Assembly (NCBI GenBank): GCA_002269645.1
Contig: NIVC01000876.1
Span: 124,001-188,000 of the forward strand
Origin: Macrostomum lignano
Lineage: Eukaryota
DNA length: 64,000 bases
Direction of reading: 5' to 3'
Position numbers and translations under genes: made by a program. Under the pieces are notes generated by a model. That model was given only the letters and a program-made list of their open reading frames with translations. It searched no databases and had not been told where the DNA came from. Of this stretch, positions 58,675 to 64,000 are shown piece by piece. The number at the start of each line of letters is the position of its first letter. Positions within the stretch are counted from its first letter, which is position 1.

Positions 58675-59073
58675 GCCCTCTCCGGGCATGGCTGCTTCTC
58701 TCGCCACCGCTTCCTTCAGGGCCAGGTACCCGAGGAGCGGTGCGCCTTCTGCCGCTCAGGCAGTGAAAACGCCGAGCACTTTATCTGCCACTGCCCGGTT
58801 TTCACCAGGGCCAGGCTCACTCACCTCGGGCCAAACCCGGTTCTCTCCGACGTTTGCAGGCCCGAGAGCATCCCGCTGCTCGCCCGGTACCTCAGGGACT
58901 TCTTCCCACCGCTGGTGAGGAGGACGGCACTGCAGGCGAGAGCAACGGGTCCCCCCTGAGCGACATCACTTCATTGGAAGTCATTGGTCGCCAGGGGCTA
59001 GCGGAATGGGCAGTCTCCTCCGCTTCCTCGCTGCATCCGCCGGACGTCCCCTGCAGCTAAGTGAAGTTAAGTC
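58675..59073 (+). mobile_element. 3' fragment of the same LINE clade as 507-1258
   Basis: LSGHGCFSRHRFLQG..RCAFCRSGSENAEHFICHCP; shares the 3'UTR motif CAGGGGCTAGCGGAATGG and the tail CTGCAGCTAAGTGAAGTTAAGTC; imperfect TSD AAGGCTCAAGCTC (58662-58674) / AAGGCCCAGGCTC (59074-59086). Confidence 0.8.
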
Positions 59074-59429
59074 AAGGCCCAGGCTCATGAGCTTGTGATG
59101 AAGAGAAATCAACACAGTTCTTTTTGGCCTGCATGCGGTTCATTTCTAAAAACAATCGTAATAACACCACGTGTCAGGACAGAACGCACGTTCCCATGCA
59201 CCTCAATTTTGACTGGTTCTCAGGCCACAGCTAAAAAACGACTGAGTATTTAAACGCTACAGTTGTCTCTAATAAATCTTTTCGATTTTTATCCGTGACA
59301 TTTTTATAACTATATTCAACATGAATGATGTTGACTGCGTTGTTTTTGAAGCACTTTGTCTTGCCAAAATGGAAACTTGCCATTGGCTTCCGCAAGCGAC
59401 TACAACGAGGATGGGCAGAAACTGCAACG

Positions 59430-59760
59430 AAGAAACTGCAATTAAGAAGTACGTTCTTAATTGGTTTATCTCACGAAGTAAGCGTGGTGATCACTATGGC
59501 GCTTCTACGATGAAGGATTATTTCAGCATGCTGCAATGCCACTTGGTCAGCGAATGCAGAAAGTCATGGAGAAAGTCATCAGCGCCGATGTGCACTGGAT
59601 GCTTCTATGAAGCTGAGCACACGTGACGGCAAGGCTAGTGGACTGCGTCGTGCAGGACCTGTTTCATCTGGCATCGAAGAGAAACTCTGGTCTGAAGATG
59701 TGCTTGGTAAAATGATAGTCCGGCCGCGACAACTGGTGAGTTCCGTGATTTGGGTGTCGG
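59430..59760 (+). mobile_element. Degenerate Crypton/DUF3504 (ZMYM/KCTD1-like) tyrosine recombinase fragment
   Basis: SKRGDHYGASTMKDYFSMLQCHL, then after a frameshift LDASMKLSTRDGKASGLRRAGPVSSGIEEKLWSEDVLG..PRQLVSSVIW, following the DUF3504 pattern G..Y..ST / EE..LW..GVLG...P..L. Confidence 0.55.
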
Positions 59761-60995
59761 AAAATGAACGTCTAAATACCCATCGAACTAACTTTGAACT
59801 GTCAAACCAAAAAACTGTTCAACAACTGTTCGCTACGTACAGCATTATAATTTGCTGCTTTTATTTTTTTAGTACTTTACTGTTGTTGCGACTTTCTCAG
59901 TCATTTCTTTAGTTCACCTTCACTTGTACTCTGTTTACTCTGCTTTCTCTCTGTGTCTAGCTCAATCTTGTTATTCTTATCTCTCTCTCCCAATCAATAA
60001 AATTGAAAAAGGAACTAGTTCTTAAGAAAATGTGCTTCATTTGCATGAGTATTTTTGTTCCTTGCTTATTGGGCGCCCCGAAGGCCGGAGCACTAGACTG
60101 CTAGTTTTGGGAGAAATTGGAATCTCGGCTTGGGTCTGCAATTAATTGGCCTTGAAGGCCAACCCCCAAGCACAGTGAAGTGTACATCCTAACGATATTT
60201 ACACTCCTGTGTGTGCGCCTGTGCCGCTGTTACGTATGACTGCGTACGTATCCGCGCGCTTGTGTGCCATGCGTGTCAAAGACGATCTATACGGCTTTTT
60301 CACTTGGTAAATTTGTTAATCGAATAAGCAGCATTAAGAGCATTAATTTCAAAGCTACAAACAAGCTTATTACGAGTACGAGCGTAGATTTCCGTATTGA
60401 TCGAAAAAAACTGATTATTAGTCAATGCACAAAAACTGCTCGCGACATCTATTTTTAAACTGAGGCGTAGGTAAGCAATAGAAAAAGTGCTTACATCGGA
60501 ATAGAAAAAGCAACGACCACCAAAGCTATCCAAGCAGACCGGCTCTAGACAAGCCGACCTCAATGCCCAAAAGAAAATAACGAGGCTGAAGGCCTGCGAA
60601 TGCTTGACACAGAGGACTCGCAGAAATGCTTGGGGGGGGGGGGTTTGATGGTTGTCTATCAGCATCACAGAAAGAAGCTGCTGCGCTAGCGCTAACCCTA
60701 AAATACACCGCCTGGAATAATATTCGTTTTGAGACGCAAGTCTCACACTCATAATAGGGCCTTTAGAGGCCTGCGTGTTTGAAAGTCTTTCTGTCATGCA
60801 GTAAGCAGAAGATAACAGAAAAAATAAAACCTGTTGTGTGTGTTCTGGTCTAAAAACACGATCACTGCTGCAAATTGTAGATGTAGAACAGGGATGTTAA
60901 AAGAGTGTAAAAGCTTTTAAATTCAGGACTGTCTCCATGAAGAGATGGCCAAGGAGAACAAAGTTTAGCAGCGCTCTCGCACTGCCACTGTCGAT

Positions 60996-63900
60996 CTACC
61001 ACAAGTTGTGCAGCTTGCGCAACTTCTCGCGAAGCACATATGGCGTGCCTGTCAACAGAGCCTGACGTTTGTATTTTTCAACAAGACCCAAAACTTGCCT
61101 TATACTCTGAGAATGTGCGGTCGCAATAAGCAGCTCTTGAGCATCAGAGTTCTCATCATTATAAACATCCCGGATCCAGGCCCGACTGACTTCATCGCTT
61201 ATTTGCTGCAACTCATGCCGCAGAGCCCACAGCAGAGCATTGAAGTTCATGTAAAATTGCGTTGGGGAATTCGTTGCTTGCATTAAAAAGCATTCGGCAA
61301 GAACTGCTGACAAAAATTGACATTTGGGTCGTTGATCGAACTCAAAGCAGAACTTCCACGCGGAGTCCCGGCTTCTCAGATGCCGCCAAACGAACTCCGT
61401 AGTTGCCTCAGTCGCCGACCTCTCAGCGGACCAAGCCATGCCTCTGCTCACCGAGAGGCCTCTGCACTGACTCACGATTCTCTCTGCAGTTCCTCGGTAG
61501 CCGAACTTCAGGCAGGCCAGCGCTCTGAGAGCCTCCCGAGCTGAGCGGGCGCAGTCTGGCAGTCTGGCAATCAGCTCTGTGAGCGACTCCTGAGACTGCG
61601 GGCTGCAGTCGCCGTGGGAGAGACGCACCAGGCACTCCCTCACCACGTCGTAGATCTCGTAGTACTCGAGGCTGTTGGCTTTCCGTATCGGATTCGTGTT
61701 TACAAACGGCATAATTTGGAACGGATGGAAGTAGAATGTGCCGGAATCATCTACTTGCCTGAGACTCTCAATGAACTTTAATAGCAGCTGAGGGAGCTGA
61801 TCAATCACTGTTCTTAATATAATTGCAATACAGCACAGAGTCCGGTCCATGTTTCCATCCTTTTGCCCTACTCCTTTGAGGTAAAGATCTGCATTGCTCA
61901 GGAAGAAGTGCTCCATGATGCGGCCGTGAGCATTGTCGGGCGAGCGACTGCTCTCCACACAGCCAAGCAGCATCTGCAGCGACCTCCTCACGAGACTCAC
62001 GAGGTTCTCTGGCTTCCACTGCTCGACCGGCGTCTCCTCCACCATTCGGAACGTGATAGTCTTCGCGTGGTACGGCTTCAGGCCTTGCTGGTTGAAGCCG
62101 TCCTTGCTGCAGATGACCTTCTTTACCAGGTACTTGAGAGTGACAAACAGCTGGCCTTGGAGAGTAGTGAGACTTCTGAGCATCCGCTTCTCCAGGAAGC
62201 TGGTGCTCACACGGAGCTCCTGGCCTCCTCGACCAGGAGAGGCTGCGTGCACCACGTGACAGGGCGTTGAGTCGGAGTCGACATCTTGTTGTAGAGCCTG
62301 CAGAACAGACTTTGGTATGTTTGAGTTGAAGACTCGAGGAGGCTGGAGCGGCCTAATGCTCGGGTAGCAGCAAAGAAGATCGGCTAAGACGTTGTCAACC
62401 GCCGGTTTTAGAGCAGACCCAACTGAAGCGAGTGCCGGACTTGAGGCTGCAATTAAAAGAGTTCAGCAGTTAGGGCAGAGCGATCTTCTAAAAAGCAGAA
62501 GTAAAACACAAAGCAGCAATGAATTTATAATAAGTGTAGAAACTGTAAATTATTACCGAATCCATCGCGAGAGATATGTCCATTGAGGTACTCATTCTGG
62601 AGGCTCGCCAGGGTGTTGCACTTGCATGGTCCTTTCGGGTGATGAATTTGACCTTGGATCAATCTCATCACATCTATGTCGGACTCCTTTGCAGTTAGAC
62701 CGTCCAAGGTCTTCAGACTGTTGCCCCAGCCTTCTGAGTAGCTTCCAACCACAAATATGCCATCGTATCTCAGTCTTTTTTGCATAATTTCTTGCAATAC
62801 ATCAGCTACAGCACTTTGGAGGGAAGCTCTGGAGTCCACGAATCCAGATTGAGTAAGAGCTGAGTGCAGCTTGATACTCAGCTCTGAGTCACTGAGTGCG
62901 TCACTGAAATGATTCAGTTCGAATGGATTGGTGTGAGGTATAAATTTTCCCTACTTCAAAGCAGCTGCATGAAATTAACCTTAACTTACGTTTCCAGTAA
63001 AGTTGAGACTGGACTGCCATGCACATCAAAAGTTATCACCGGTTGACCGAGTTGCACTCCGTTAAGTAGCTGAGCAATTTTCTGATGACCGAAACGAAAT
63101 GCAATATCGAGAGGTCGCTCGCCGCTGCTTGACTTAAGGTCAATGTCAGCACCAGACTTGAGCAGTAATTTCACTACATCACAATGCCCCCTCTGTGAGG
63201 CTATATGCAAAGCCGAGTAACCCCGGGCCGAAATGCAGTGAACATCAGCTTGCGCATTGATTAGAGAATTCACAACTTTAACATGACCATGGTGGGAAGC
63301 GATGTAAAGTGGTTGGTGCCCAATGCCTGTCCTAGCGTCAACGTCTGCTGAAGATTTAATGACAGACTCGACAGTCAGGTGATGACCCCGCTGTACTGCT
63401 GCGTGCAGTGGTAAGTAACCCCACTTCGATGCGAGGTTAACATCAGCTTGAGCTTTGATGAGGCAGTCTAACACACGGCTGTGACCATTCTGTGCAGCAA
63501 TGTGAGCTGCCGTGAGACCGTTAACTGTTTGGATATTAAGGTCAGCATTTGATCCGATCAGGGACTCGACGACCTCCCAGTGACCATGCTGCGCTGCTCT
63601 ATGCAAAGCTGAAAATCCCTTTCGCGACTGAAGATCGACATCGGCTTTGAACTTGATGAGCAAGTCCACAATATCTTTAAAGCCATTAAGCGAAGCTATT
63701 TGTAGGACAGAGTCACCATAACTTGTCGAATAGTTCACATCAGCTAGTGCCCTGAGGAGTAGCCCAACAACTTGCACTTGACCACCAAGTGTCGCCGCGT
63801 ACAGTGGAGACAATTCGACTTTTTCATGAAGATTAACGTCGGCTCCTGCTTTGATGAGTGCGTCGACTACCCTCACATGGCCATACCTTGACGCGACACA

Positions 63901-64000
63901 CAGAGGAGATGAGCCATTGCTTGCGAGAATATTTATTTCTGCTTGTGCACTGATGAGCGATTTGACAACTAGCTCGTGCCCCACTTGAGAGGCGATGTAG
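60996..64000 (-). CDS. Ankyrin-repeat plus Mab-21/cGAS-like nucleotidyltransferase protein (cGLR-like); 5' end outside the window
   Basis: About 10 ankyrin repeats (open from 64000 to about 62990). The NTase exon 62950-62557 has GSYSEGWG..KESDIDVM; a phase-1 intron 62556-62447 follows. The exon 62446-60996 has VDNVLADLLCCYP and a Mab-21 C-terminal helical region (STSFLEKRML..QLFVTLKYLVK..LKPYHAKTITF..W..ENL..HFFL.N.DL). The ANK-NTase junction is unresolved. Confidence 0.8.

Overview
Eukaryotic (metazoan) genomic DNA, not prokaryotic: spliced genes with GT-AG introns, GC3-rich exons, AT-rich CpG-poor introns and an extreme density of intronic minisatellites. The overall style suggests a free-living flatworm such as Macrostomum, but this is inference only. 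Genes on +: UHRF1 (5 exons, 783 aa), ATP synthase OSCP (ATP5PO), a 93-aa secreted six-cysteine peptide nested antisense in an intron, and a frameshifted WSC/PAN-like gene. Genes on -: SSDP/SSBP2-4 (1-nt homopolymer frameshift), an organellar Na+/H+ exchanger (SLC9A6/7/9 type, 9 exons), a cytochrome b561 D-type protein, RRP15, a 130-aa orphan, a secreted orphan and, at the right edge, an ankyrin-repeat plus Mab-21/cGAS-like nucleotidyltransferase (cGLR-like) locus with intact catalytic motifs. Mobile elements: a Gypsy integrase remnant split by a LINE, a mariner split by a zinc-finger LINE, a Tc1/IS630-like deletion derivative, hAT and Kolobok-like MITEs, a CORE-like SINE and Crypton-like fragments. 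The most notable patterns are (i) the ANK-cGLR candidate immune sensor; (ii) intronic minisatellites that are tandem amplifications of splice signals (donor, branch point, pyrimidine tract, AG), giving up to about 30 decoy sites per intron; and (iii) one 28-bp minisatellite family lying in sense orientation upstream of three different genes. All coordinates were read by hand; repeat edges are approximate.
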